DNA of 60,219 bases, filler included, from Dugesia japonica (taxonomy: Eukaryota): the NCBI GenBank assembly GCA_001938525.1. It is 6 parts of 6 records of this genome, joined end to end, with 100 filler letters (N's around TTAATTAATTAA, not from the genome) between each part and the next. Parts side by side here need not be neighbours in the genome. Positions count along the whole stretch, not along the records: positions 9,044 to 17,922 come from MQRL01510575.1; positions 18,023 to 29,363 come from MQRL01264989.1; 4 more parts are not named here. One strand, written 5' to 3'. The notes under the pieces were generated by a model, which saw only the letters and a list, made by a program, of their open reading frames with translations, was not told where the DNA came from and ran no database searches. Position numbers and translations under genes: made by a program. Below are positions 9,000 to 22,679 of this stretch, one piece after another. The stretch's first letter is position 1. Every line of letters starts with the position of its first letter.

Positions 9000-9809
9000 N
9001 NNNNNNNNNNNNNNNNNNNNNNNNNNNNNNNNNNNNNNNNNNNTCGTGTATGAAATGTTTATATACTTCACTCTCATTCTGTTTGATATGTTCTTTGATT
9101 CTGGTTTTGATTGTTCTGAAGGTTTCCCCTATGTATGACTATATGCATATGATACAATTAATTTCATAAGTTACATTGTTTTAATTACATATGTACCGGT
9201 TAGAAATTAGTTAAGTAGCACAGCGTTTTCTTAAGAAAATGAAAATTTATAAATAAATGTTTTCACTTACTTCTGTTTACCATGGCATATTTTTCAAAAA
9301 GAGAATGTTTTTACTTTTTCTACTTATTCCAAGAATGAAAGAAATGCAACTAATTCTATAGGATAATAAATTAACCAAATATTTAAAAATAAAAAAATTT
9401 ATATTATAATATTAAATATCAATCAAACATTAAATTATATTAGCTTAAATTATTGTTATGAACTTTTAATATATTATTATTTTAATAAGATTCGTGTTAT
9501 GTTAAATAATATTCAAACAAATCAAATTTTACAATGAATTAATTAAGTTAACTTTAAAAAATTTGAATAAGCATATTAAAACATAAAACTTTTGTCTGTC
9601 AAAATCTCAAGGCAATCAGTGGAAAACTTTCGGATTTCATCGAATTTGAACAAACGTACCCTTATATTTTTATTTATATAGATAACATATTCATTTCTCA
9701 TTTACATAAAAATTTTTATTTACATTTTCATTTTACATGATATTTAATTTTTTTGAGCTTTTGTGGTTTCAAATTCATATTTTTATTTTATTTTCTTTTC
9801 TCAAGTACT

Positions 9810-9811
<2 letters not shown>

Positions 9812-9879
<68 letters not shown>

Positions 9880-9929
9880 NNNNNNNNNNNNNNNNNNNNN
9901 NNNNNNNNNNNNNNNNNNNNNNNNNNNNN

Positions 9930-9997
<68 letters not shown>
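9812..9997. repeat. (TTA/TAA)n microsatellite
   Basis: Pure ATT repeat with an internal gap. Confidence 0.98.
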
Positions 9998-12900
9998 TCT
10001 TTGGCTGAAACATCCCTTATAATGTAAAAGAATCAGAAACATTAAAACGAATAAATTAACCTAGAAATAATAAACCAAGAAAGATGAAAAAATAAAGGTC
10101 AAGAATAAAATAAATCAAAAATGTGAAACCGAAAAGAAATAATAAAAGAAAGAACTTTTGGGGTTCCACCTGATTTGGGTGGAGAAAAAGACGACTGGGG
10201 GCAAAACAACCATCAGGGGACCCCTTCAAGAATTTACCTAAAATCCCTTTTAGGTCTTTGGGGTTGAGTGGTTAACTCCCATCGTCTATTTGGAGTGCTC
10301 ACTTCACCCCTTTATTTCGGGTTCATCATTCCCCTTAAAGTATACGAGAATAAAAACAATATTTAAAAGAAAATTTATTCCATAAAACCAACGGCCCTCG
10401 GATCGAGCCACTCTGAGTGTTCCTCATCTAGCAGATCGAAGGCCGCCTCATCGTTCCCACTGTGCCAAGGGGATCAGTGTTCAATTTCTAATCTGGTAGC
10501 CAGATCTGCAATATATTGCTTTAGAAATGTGATCTTATTAATGAGAATTCACTGGGTGCGTGTATTCAGTTCACCTTGTTTTTGAACTATCAAATCGAGC
10601 TTTTTTATTAGCCTATTGCTCTGTGTAAAGTGGTGCAGTAAAGCACGCTCAATTTATCATTTTAGGTGCCGTTCCAACAAAGGTTTCTGTATAAAGCGGT
10701 GGCATCGCCGCAGGTTGTTGAGTAATTGTATTCGTGGCACTGAAAGAAATGATTAATAGATAGATAAATCCATACATTAATTTTATTTTAAAACCCTTAT
10801 GTTGTAGACAGAGTGGTTCAATAAATGCAAGAAATTCATCATAAACAATTTTTATTTGCACAAAAAAGAAAAAACGTCTTAAGTCATGAGGAGCGTGAGG
10901 TTTGTGTTAATTTATCGATCATCAACGGCTCGCACGGCATGGCTTTTCTCAGTGTTGACGTCTGCGACCAGTTTATTCTCTCGGTCATGAAGGGATCGGA
11001 TGATCTCTGCGAAAGATTTGATTTGACTCTTCCATAATCGTTCCAGTTCGTGGGAGGCTTCGGCTTCCTTACTAAATGCGATACATTTATTTTTGTAACG
11101 CTTGGTCTTACTTTCTGCTGCAGCAGTGTCAGCCTCCCAGTGACGTTTTGCAAGACGATAGAACTCCCATGACATTTCAGTATCATCACTGCTTTCCTTT
11201 GCTTTCTTAGTCGAGGCCACTGAACGATTGAGTGAAAAATACACTAAACAGGAAAGTTAATTTATCAATCAGTCATTAGTAAAGTTAGACAGAGTTTATC
11301 TTTAGTAACCTACTTATATCGAACATAACTCAGTTATCACAAAGGAAACCAAAAAGGATTTAGAAATTTTTCATGTAAGACAAAAATATTTTATTATTAC
11401 TCAACGACAGAAAGTAAACACAAAAGCATATACGACATTATTCATAAGTGAGTTACACTCTCCGTGGGGGGCTCCACCTTTTCCTCACTTCCCCCACTTT
11501 CTGTGTTTCGAACACTCCAGAGTGTGTCACTGATTAATCCACCTATACCGATAGGGGTGAGAACAGGCTCGGGTGATGGAGAGGTGTTCTCACTCCATTC
11601 TCATTGCATGACCGGCCTCCCATTTTCATAGTCTGCGGAAACCATTCCTACAGAAAAGATGACACGACTGCAGTCAGGGCCAGTCCAGTAATAATATGCT
11701 TGACGATCCGCTGCTTCCATATGTCGCTCCTCGTATGCGACGCTAGCTGGCAGGTTAGACCGTTCTATCAGAACGCCCGCATCTCGATTAAAAGGATTTG
11801 TATATTTCTTAAACAGCATCCAGCCAGTAACCCGGTCATGGATAACCTCCTATTTATGTTCCACAGTGAAATATATTTGTCTTTATTGTTTATAAACAGA
11901 AATCCAAATAAATATATGGTGTGTAAAACAAAAGGAAATTCTAACTAGATACATATAACAAATCAACTAAATTATTATTTATTTTAACAAAGCCATAATG
12001 AATAGAAAGAGAAAGGATTAAATATACTGTTAGATTTCTTCATCTATATTCACATTGTAATTCAATGGAAACATCTCGACGAAACACTGTAAATCTGTTT
12101 CGTCGGGTGTTCTATTTGTTTGGGGAAAAGGAGATGTTCTATTAGTTGTCTTATCCTGACAGTTTTCCTTTCTTTACGAATCAGCCTCAAGATGTGCCTT
12201 AACTCCGCCGTCATTTTCTAAATAAAAGTTAATAGTTACTAAAAAAATCCCTTGTTGACATGACGTTATCCCCAATGATTGTCAAAACAAATAACTCCTA
12301 ATAAAATAATCCCCAATATCTACATACTTGGCGCTGACCCGGGTGCTATTAGCACTACCAACAAAATAAATTTAATATTAATGTTAATGAAACCTATTAA
12401 TCGCAATCTTAATACTATTATTGGCATGACTAACCTAACACTAAGTCGATGATAATTCAATTTGTAATATTGTAATGCAATTAGTGATAATAATCATACC
12501 AATATGAATAATAGTAAGTTATCAACGAAAATACGGTAAAACTGAAAATGATGGTACTAGGAATACCGTTGTCAAACGGATGTTAATAGAATTTTTTAGA
12601 GAATTAAAATTTTTTTTGCCAGTTTTACCCAGGATACACAAAGACCACTAATGAGTATTAATGGCACGAACATGTTGGCTTAAGTTTTGTGATGCGCACG
12701 AGAATCATAACAAAAATATGGAGAAGCTGACTGTAGGAAGGCTTAACAAAGTAACTTTATGGAGTTAATAAATGAATCATTGTCTTTCCTTGTACTAATG
12801 CCTCGACGTTATTTCGAGTAAGTTTACCAATAGAGATTTAGCACGACCTAAATGCTGATTGGATATATTTATTACTAAAATGATAGTATCAATTACCATT

Positions 12901-14181
12901 ATTTTAATGATACGGACGGCTACCAGGAAGACAATTCAGATCAAAACTTATGAATGATGATAAAAGTGATAGCGAAAATAGTTATCCATCATAGAAATGC
13001 TTGTGATAACATACATATCACGGTTGGTAATCATAATATTGCCATTATTCTCAATAATCAAAATAATAATAACGATAATAATAAGATCAAGTTCATTATC
13101 AATTTATCCAATTTTCTGCCAATAACCATGACGTTGACAATGATATCACTAATAACACCATGGGTGCAAATAATAGTTTTAATATTATCATTAGCTAGTT
13201 TACTGTTACAGTCAATAATAAATAAAATACACTTAATATGATTAATATTAATTGGTGATGAAATAATGGACTATAGAGTTAGGGATAAGGGTCTAGCATT
13301 AATTGCTACTAAATTTGATATAGGTCTAAAAATTTTACTTGGTTAACGTAGTCATTGCGCAACCTTTTGATGGAGAAACCAAACTAATAACTATTCTGTC
13401 CGTGATATAATTGGCGATGACTTTGGTCGCAACAACTTTATAAAAATATGAAGTAACGATATATTTAATCTAAAACACAAATAATAAACCCATTTCTCCA
13501 CATCAAGAAAATAGTTTATGTTAAGTAGGATAATAAAGCCTTAATAAAAAATCCATGACGATCTCCCCGACTGGCTGTTCACATTAATTCCATAATTGTC
13601 TCGTATCTTTATTTCACTCTAAATTTACAAAAAATCGTAGATTTTAATATATGTGGCAGAAAAGAAAATTGTGAGAATATTGTTGCCGGATTTTCAGTTA
13701 GCTCTAAGTGGAGTGAAAACAGAACAACTTAACTTTCTGATTGTCATTATGATAGAAAATTCTTGAAAGTCACAAACTCCCGATGCATTATGAGTGCTGA
13801 GTTTCGATCGTTCATTAAATCTCCTCAAGCTGGAATGACACTGTTAAAAGAGATATGGTTAGTTATTCTAACTTATCAGTTACAGCATCGTGACTCATCA
13901 ATTTATTACCTAATGCACGTTTTAAGGCACACACCTCATTTAGTTGATAAGGGCAAACTGTATGGTTTGCTGAGTGCTTGTGTGCTACTCATAGATAAGA
14001 GAGAATGTTATAATTATGGATATCGATTTATTCTTAGCTCCCGCTTAATCATAGTTGTTAATACAGCGGTGAAGTTAATGAAAAAATAGATTGTTATTTC
14101 GGAATTCTAACGACATTAGTAATATCCCAGAAAATAGCCGATTCAATGGCAAGTAGACTAATTGTTGAGCATTACCTCAAT

Positions 14182-14216
<35 letters not shown>

Positions 14217-14599
14217 TAAAACATAACTAAATTAAATTAATCAGATATAATTTTCCTGCAACAGTTGTATTATTTAATAAATATGAAAATCAAACACTTT
14301 ACTCACTGATATAATAGCAAGATTCTGCAAAGTTTTTTTTATTAACAGATACGATTGCGGCTTGGAATGAATAACTACTTCCTTTTGTCTTATTCTTTGA
14401 AATTTTCCAATTACTGCTACCATTTCTCTTTGAAGTTAATACGGGGACGCTTCAGATAGTCTATTAGTAAATAGTATTCAATATTTTTTGATGATTTCTT
14501 TAAAAGTAATAGATTTGTTCTCCAAGACTTGAATGTTATGATAAATTTAAGTTATTTTGACTAAATTTTCAAAAGCTTTATAGCTATATCTATACAACC

Positions 14600-17290
14600 C
14601 GACTACTTTCCTGTTGGCTAACTATTTTTATTTTTCGGTTCTTGTTTCCTATTGGTGCCTACTCTAAAATTCTAAAATGTTTGATGATTTTTGATCACAT
14701 TATTGGTGCCTATTTTTGGAGCACCTTGTGATTTTTATTTCCTTGTTTTACGTTTCTTTTCGGGCCCCTTATTGNCTCATTCTTCAAATGGTGCTGCAAT
14801 GAGAGCGTAGTCTTTTATAAACCGCCTGTAATAATTGGTTAGACCTAGAAATGCCCGTATTTGTGTGGTGCATTTTGGTATCTTTGCTTCCCGAATTTTC
14901 CTGATAGTATAGTCATTTGTCTCTACACCTTTAACACTAATTGTATGACCCAAGAATCGCAATTTCTCAGAATTGAATACGCATTTATCCGGATTTATCT
15001 TTAAACCTGTTTTTTAGTAAAGAAAAAACGTTACCAACCAGTTCATCATGCTCTTGTTGAGTTCGTCCATATATCAAACTACCATCCAAGTATACTAGTA
15101 TTCCTTTGTACAACATTCTGTTGAATAATTGATGCATCAAACTTTAAAAAGTTGCTGGTGCAGTGCAAAATCCAAATGGCATGCGAATAAAGCAAAACTG
15201 CCCCATCTTTGTACTAAAAGCTGTTTTCAACTTCGATTCTTCACTTAACTCAATTTGGTAGTATGCTTGCCCCAAATCTAGCGATGAAAATAAAATTGAT
15301 CCCTCAAGCGTGTCGACAAGTAGTTGAATATCAGGCACCGGAAAAGAGTATTTATCTGTAATTGAATTTAATTTCCGAAAATCCAGACACAATCTTATTG
15401 TTCCATCTTTCTTCGGTACAATTACCAATGGGGCATTCCACGGATTTCTGCAACTCTGGATAATATTTTCTTTTCTAAGATTTCCAATAACTCATCAATT
15501 TTGCTTTCCAAATGCATTGATTGTCTTCTAGGATGTAACATTATTGGTCCTCCTTTTGTTTCAATGTGATGCTGCATTATTGTTGTAAATACAAGATCAA
15601 ATTTCGATGTGATAAATACCTCTAAGTGTTCTTCTATCAGTCTTTTAATTTCTTGACTGACATTCCTTTGAATATTAAGAAGATTTTTCACTCTATTTGA
15701 ATTCTCAACAACTGGCTCAACAGCATCCTTTGAATCAAAAAAATCAACTTCAGTTATCTTCATTCCAAATATCCTCATCATGTCAATGGCCCTAATAAAT
15801 TCAGAACGAATATCTTTGACAATTACTACCTCTTTTTCTCTTCGTTTTTCATACCAATGTAAATGTAATTTAGTTTTTACCAATACATCTTTCTCCTTTC
15901 TATGAAAAAACTCTTGATAACACAATCTGCGTCTGCGATAACGCCGATGATCCAATTCTTCTCCAAACTTCTGCACTCATTACTGATATTAATGCTCCTT
16001 AATCCCATAACATTTCAACATCATATCCATTTCGCCGCATTATACTCCATTCTCTTCCATCTTTCTTCTGAAAAACCTTCTTTTTATCTAATATCATTCT
16101 TGCATCTCTAGTTTTGCTATCATTTATTGCAACCTCACTGATGAGATGGATGCAGTGGGTTGCAAATCATTTTTTATATCTTCATCGTCTGTAAGTACAT
16201 CATGTATATAATCTATAGATTCCCTTGTACAGGACCGATTATCATCCTCTTCTGCAATACACAAAACTTTAGACACCGAAAAATCTTTTACTCGAATTAG
16301 CAAACAATCCCGCAAACTATGATCTTAATTTTCAAAAATGAAGCATTTTCCTTTCAATGGAAAATTTATCTTTTTATAACTAGTTTCTTAACAGCAAAAA
16401 CATGCTCCTGTCTTTAGGATTTCGTTTCGCGGCTGTATTTTCCCTTTAGTTTTACAATATAGTTTATTTGCTAAATGTTTCAATGAACACGGCGGGAAAT
16501 TATTGAACTGACTTTGTTTTTGTATCGGTTTGCTTCGTTTGAAATGTGGATCTTCTTGAAAACGAGTTGACGGGTCTTTAATATTTGTGTCCCTTTGAAC
16601 ACTTATCTTTGGATGATTTTTTCCAAATTTCGATTGATATATATTCTTTTTTAATGAATCAGCATAACTCTCTTTCACCATACTTACAGAGTGCGCTGGT
16701 ATTAGGNNNNNNNATTTAGTAGCCAATTCTCTTCGTTGAATATCTGTTAACTCTGGTTGGAGGACAAATGATTCCTTCAACTTTTCGCTCCGTATAACAT
16801 TAGTTATGTATAATGTAACTATTTGTCTAATGTCTTTTTACTTGAAAATACTTCATTGACAAGCTTTCTAACTCTAATTTCAAAATTTCGATATTTTTCA
16901 TTTGGTTTCTGCATTATTCTTGACAAGCTTGAAAATTTATCGACCAATGTTTCTTGAATAATGAATGACTCTTGAAACCAACGTTCAAAAATTTCATTAG
17001 ATAATTTCTCAACTTCTTTTGTTTTTCCAACCACAATTCCTTTGCATCGTGTCGCATTAGCATATCAAATACAAACGATAATTCCATCTGAATGAACGAT
17101 GCGAATTCTTTTGTTGTTTGAAGCCACTCTTTAGCTTTATCTGATGATCCATCAAAAAAACTCTGCTTTGAAATTAGTAACTCCTGAGTTGAAGATGGTA
17201 ATTTCGAAAAACATTTTTGTCTTTCATCTTTTCGTTTTTTGCCATCGTGTTCACTGTAATGTGATTGACAGTTCGAACACAAGATTCTTC
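14600..17290 (-). mobile_element. Degenerate Ty3/Gypsy LTR retrotransposon (gag, protease, RT)
   Basis: RT motifs VIVPKKDGTIRLCLDFRKLN, LDLGQAYYQI, MPFGFCTAPATF, VYLDG (decayed YLDD), FLGH, FLGLTNYYRRFI. Gag with zinc-knuckle remnants near 16310-16400. Many stops and frameshifts. Confidence 0.92.
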
Positions 17291-18022
17291 CATAATGTTT
17301 ATTTATTAAAATTCAAATTATAATTACAAAACTGATAATATTTAAACAAAGTTTATATATCAATTTATAACTGATATATAACTTAACCAATTGATAATTA
17401 TTCCTAATCAATTTTCCAGCTCCCTTGCTTTATTTTATTACTTCCAAATTGGGCTCCTGACCCTAATTTCCTTCTAAAGCTGGGTGTTTCACCCCAACAG
17501 AATTATAAATCGGAGAATAAATATTAGAAATAAGAAAACAAATGAACATAAACCACAACAATAATTAAAAAGCTCAGGAATAGTAAGAAAATAAAGAACT
17601 GATTATTATGAAAGAATTAAATAAATTAAAGAAGAATTAATTATTAAAATAAAATAAAATGATAAAAGAAGAAAGTGAATTAATAATTAAAACAGAATTG
17701 TGCACAAAGAAAGTAATAATCAATTTAGTAAAGATGTTGGGGTGGAACACCCCTAAAGTAGAAAAATGAATCAATGAAGGAAAAAAATTAATCATGCAAT
17801 AATGAAAATGTGAAGAAATGAGACCATAGTGAAGCAACAATTAAGATCATTAATAATTCTAAACGAAACCATCGAAAAAACAATAATAAAAATAATTAAT
17901 TAATACGGAAAAAATTAATTAANNNNNNNNNNNNNNNNNNNNNNNNNNNNNNNNNNNNNNNNNNNNTTAATTAATTAANNNNNNNNNNNNNNNNNNNNNN
18001 NNNNNNNNNNNNNNNNNNNNNN

Positions 18023-18472
18023 CATTTGGTATTAATACTAAAACAAATTTTGATTTAAAAGAATATTCTATTCAATTAAATTTACCTGTTAAAATAGTAA
18101 TGAATGATGAGCTTTATAAATTAAAGACAACTAAGAAACACAATGGGCTTTCTAAGCCCCAAAGTCCTGAAGGACTTAACGTAATTATTAATTATCAAAA
18201 CTGAAATAAAAACGGTTCACATTTGGTTTCTTTTAAAGACAGGCTAATATATTTTGATTCATACGAAATTAAACCAACAGATGAAGTTGAAGCTTTTTAC
18301 ATAAAGATTATTTTTCTAACAAATTACAAGTACAACCTAATGATACAAATATATGTGGTATATTATGTCTTTATGTTTATATATGTTATAAAATTCAGAT
18401 ACTTATTTTGATAAAATTATTGATTCTATTTATACAGATTTACAAACTCTTTTAAATAAATTAATAAAAATG
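18023..18472 (+). pseudogene. Second, diverged Polinton adenain protease
   Basis: FGINTKTNFDL...IINYQN*NKNGSHLVSF...YFDSY..KP...QVQPNDTNICGILCL, collinear with 1409-1835. Confidence 0.85.
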
Positions 18473-19400
18473 AGCACTTTTATACCTACAATTAATGACA
18501 TAAACAAAACTAATAATAAAATTACTAGTGAGATAAATATTTCTAATGAACAATTTAAAACACCAATAAATAATCTTACAGTAAATGAATCGGGTGATAA
18601 AATAGAAAAAACTAGAAGTTATTCAAGAACTTAAAAATGATAATGATGTTGTAAATAATAAATATTTGCAGAAATATACCGATTAAATGAAAAAGGATTT
18701 TCTTCGGGATACAGATCATAAAACAAAATTTAGAATATAAAGATTGAGACTAAAATATCAAAATTTAAAACTAAATTAGATAAAAGAATTAAAAATGAGA
18801 TAGAAAAAGAAATGAAATCTTTAAAAGATTTAGTGAAACAAGTTGATGAAAATATAAAAAGTGTAAACGATAATAAAATTAATCAGCTTACATTTAATTC
18901 TTTTAAACTGGAGCAGGCTGATAAATTTGATAATATTGATTCGCGAGTTACTTTCTTTAATAATTTATATATTAATAATTTTAATAAAGATTTAATAGGT
19001 ATTCATGGAATAAGACAATATAAAAAATTATATAATTCAAAAATCAGATTTTGGTTTAGATAAAATGAATCATCATTTTAATTATGAAGACTTAAGTAAT
19101 AATGGATTAACTATAAAAAGCAAATCTGATTTAAGATTGAAAAATAAGATAGATGGTAGTACTCCTTTCAATTGGTGAAATAAATTTTTTTATTTGAATA
19201 AAGATAATAAATCTATTTCTAAATTTGAATTAAAAAATACTTTGTTTTTATTATTTTTTTAATAGAAATAATTGTTTAGATTTAAAAGGTGCGTTTATTA
19301 AAGAGGATTAATTGAACAGAAATATAATAGGAGAATATAAAGAATATACAAATTACGTACAATTGAATAAAGAAGAATTATATAATGATAAAAAAAGTTA
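18470..19400 (+). pseudogene. Second Polinton fibre-like gene, decayed
   Basis: VNESGDKI...ELKNDNDVVNNKYL matches VNETGDTI...PKDLNDAVNLKYI of 1828-2118, with the same gene order after the protease. Confidence 0.6.
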
Positions 19401-19613
19401 ATTTAACTTACAATGATAATTATCCCTTTTTTTCTAAGATTTTTGGTTGTTGTTGGACAAAAACTTGGTCTATATATTGTTTATAGGACTTATGGGGTTG
19501 GATAGATAAATTTTGCTAGAAGTGTGGTAGCACATCAGATCAGTCGTATTACTTATCGTGGGGGTGTTTTTTGGGAGGCTGTACGTTTGTATGTGGTTGA
19601 TGGACATTGTTGG

Positions 19614-20445
19614 TTGATGTGTTCTTGGTAAGGTAATGTTATGGAAAGGGCTTTGAATGTCAAATGTGCTTTGAATTTTTATTTTAAAGGCTTGAATTTG
19701 ATTGGTTAATTTTTGTAAGTAATGTAAGTGTGTTAAATAAATTTTTCTGCAGGGCGACAAAGGTATGTGTGGAAAGACAATTAATTATCAGATTTTTTAT
19801 GATTTATTTGAAATTTTTTGGGAAGGAGTGTATGACGTCAAATTCGTTTGAAATCTTTATTTTGGTTTAAAATGCTGTATTTTGCTTAAAATGATGAATT
19901 TATTGAAAGTAATGGTATTTTTGTGAAATTATGTATTTTTGAATATTTTTTGAGTATTTAAATGAGTATGATAAATATCAAGTCTGCTCAATCTCATACA
20001 TAAATATAAAGTCTTAAAAAATTAAATTTTGCATGCAAAAATAAATTTTTGAATTTCCCGCTAAAAAAATAAATATTAAGACTCCGCTTTCCTGTTCAAA
20101 AATATTCAAAAAATATTCAAAAACACAACATTTTTACAAAAATACCATTACTTTCATTAAATTCATCATTTTAAGCAAAATACAGCATTTTTAACCAAAA
20201 TAAAGATTTCAAACGAATTTGACGTCATACACTCCCTCCCGAAAAATTTCAAATAAATCATAAAAAATCTGATAATTAATTGTCTTTCAACACATACCTT
20301 TGTCGCCCTGCCGAAAATTTTATTTAACACTTATACTACTTACAAAAATTAACCAATCAAATTCAAGACCTTAAAAATAAAAAATCAAAGCACATTCGAG
20401 ATTCAAAATCTTCTCAATCACATTGCCTCTTAAACAATACATCAA
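19614..20445. mobile_element. Foldback/MITE-like element with ~345-bp inverted arms
   Basis: 19614-19960 is the reverse complement of ~20099-20445 (for example CAGGGCGACAAAGGTATGTG and TATGACGTCAAATTCGTTTGAAATC). The right arm stops at the Gypsy remnant. Confidence 0.85.
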
Positions 20446-22600
20446 AAGTTGCTGGGGCTGATGGCAACGTGAACGGCATTCAGTTATAGCAAAACTGGAC
20501 CTTTTTTGTCAAAAATGCTGTTTTCAATTGTGACGATTCATCCAAGAATACTTGATAATAAGCTTGTCCTAAATCTAATGATGAAAAAATGGAAGCTCCT
20601 GGAAAAGTATCGAATATGGTTTGCGGATCTGCCATGGGAAACTAAATTTTTCTGTAACCTCGTTAATCTTCCTATAGTCCTGGCACATCCTAATCGTTCT
20701 GTCATTCTTTCCCACAACTACGAGTAGCGAGTTCCATGGACTATGTCATTTCCTAATTAAAACCATTTTCAACAACTTCGAGATTATATCATCCACTTTA
20801 AATTTCGTTTGCATCGCCATTCCTCTTGTATTTTGACTTATTGGAGTCCCTACTGTTTTTATACAATGTGTTACCAGATTTTTACATCCTAAATCGAACT
20901 CCAGTGCAATAAAAATAGAACCATATTGCAATACTAATTCTGTGAACTTTGATAAATTAATGAATCCAAAAATATTTAAAGCCTTTTGTCCTCTTTCTTC
21001 ATTCCAATATGTCAAACCTAAGAATTCATTGATACTCTCGATAAAAGTCTCAATCCAAAAGATGAAATAATATTCCTACCACCAACAAAACTCGGATTTA
21101 TATCTTTAACTACCGTAATCTGGATATTCTTAATGATTCCATTCCAACTAACCAAAGCTTTTAACTCTCCTAAACATGCTATTGCTGTAGCACCAAATAC
21201 TCCTCTAAGAGATATGTCTGATTACCATAAGATAGGATTTCCGCACATTTTCCACTTACCTTCTGACATCACCGTTACTGCTGCGCCCGTAATCCATAAC
21301 ATCTCTATCATCTTTCCACAGCATTCAACCAAACTTCACCATCTACCATCTGCCTTTTTGAACCTCAACATTTTGATTTCCTGCATCTGCAACATTTAAT
21401 TCAATGACTCCACAGTGGAAATGTATGCCATGGAGCGTCTGTCGTTTAAATTATGATCTTGTCTATTTGTGTTTTGATCATATATAATAGCTCCAGTCTC
21501 TTTCTCTTCAAAATCTCTGGTTTCATCATGTTTCAAATCGCCTTAACTATATACTTGATCGTCTGAATTATTTTCTTCATGAATACACTGAGCCTTTCTT
21601 GTGTTATTTCGCAATAAGATAAAATTATTAAAATAAATATTGTCCTTAACACATATCAAACAACACTTATTCAATGGACAGTTGTTTCTGACATGGCTCA
21701 CCACAACAATAACATTCCCCTGGTTGAAATCATCATAATTCGGGCTCATGTAATTCTTTCGCTCTGTTATATACTCTTCTTGCTATATGCTTTATGGAAA
21801 CCATAGGTCTTTGGGGCTTATCGTTTTCGTTCGACTTCTCCACAGGTTGTCTTCTCTCTGAAACCTGCAGTACTTTATTTGAGTTGGAATATCGTTTCCC
21901 TTGATTATTTACCAATGGTTTGATTACCAGTGGTATTTTGTGTCTAATTGATCTTTTAATACCTGTTACTGCTTCGTATGTCGGCATATGTTCTCTTTTG
22001 CTATCTTTAATTGCAATAACGTCTGACCTTTCTTCAATACACATTGAAGTTTCGAAATTTATAGTCAATTTTTCAATTTCTTCCAAAGACATATCTGGAT
22101 TCATGGCGATTGACTCCTTTACTTCCCCGAAGAACATTCGTTTTGAAATTATATCCTTCACGATCATGTCTTCTGTTTGCTTCACCGATAAAACTTCTCT
22201 TATTAACTTACTCACTCTAGTAGCAAAATTCTCATACCTGTCATTTGATCGTTGATTAACTTAACTTAGCTCAAATCATCGATCTTTTGCAAAGATGTTT
22301 TTGACTTGATGTACTTTGAACTATATCAATTTCTTGTATCTTCATCTGACGGAATCTTTATTTTTTCTTTAAAGGCTATGCATAATTCTTTTGCGTCACT
22401 GTGCAGCAATAAATCGAATGCTGTAGATAAATTTAAAGAGTTAATGGTTACAAAATCTTCAATTGATTGTGGTCACTCTTTCGCATCTTCTTTCTTGTAG
22501 CAAAAAACTTTTTTATTATTGGACAATTTTCATCCGCTGCTTACTCTGTGAAAACTGGGATTTCGGCGTGATCGCCAGTTACAATACCATTTTGACACAT
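20446..22600 (-). mobile_element. Degenerate Ty3/Gypsy retrotransposon (PBS, gag, protease, N-terminal RT)
   Basis: PBS TGGCGATCACGCC at 22577-22565, gag knuckle CYCCGEP/HVRNNCP, protease MLWITGAAVT (decayed DTGA), RT IRMCQDYRKIN and MPFTLPSAPATF, truncated at ~20446. Confidence 0.88.
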
Positions 22601-22679
22601 TAAATAATTATGCGCCTTTCAAATATTTATTATAAAAGTATTACTAAATATTTAAACAGCAAATCATCTTATTGTTACT

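Noticed and set aside
9737-10042. Poly-I/L/Y/N ORFs (also 57492-57820)
   Set aside because: Translations of TAA microsatellites.
12954-14089. Track ORFs 12954-13241 and 13763-14089, and the many short TTG/GTG-start or antisense ORFs elsewhere
   Set aside because: No motifs; expected by chance in AT-rich DNA or as shadows of real genes, and alternative starts are not expected for a nuclear eukaryotic genome.
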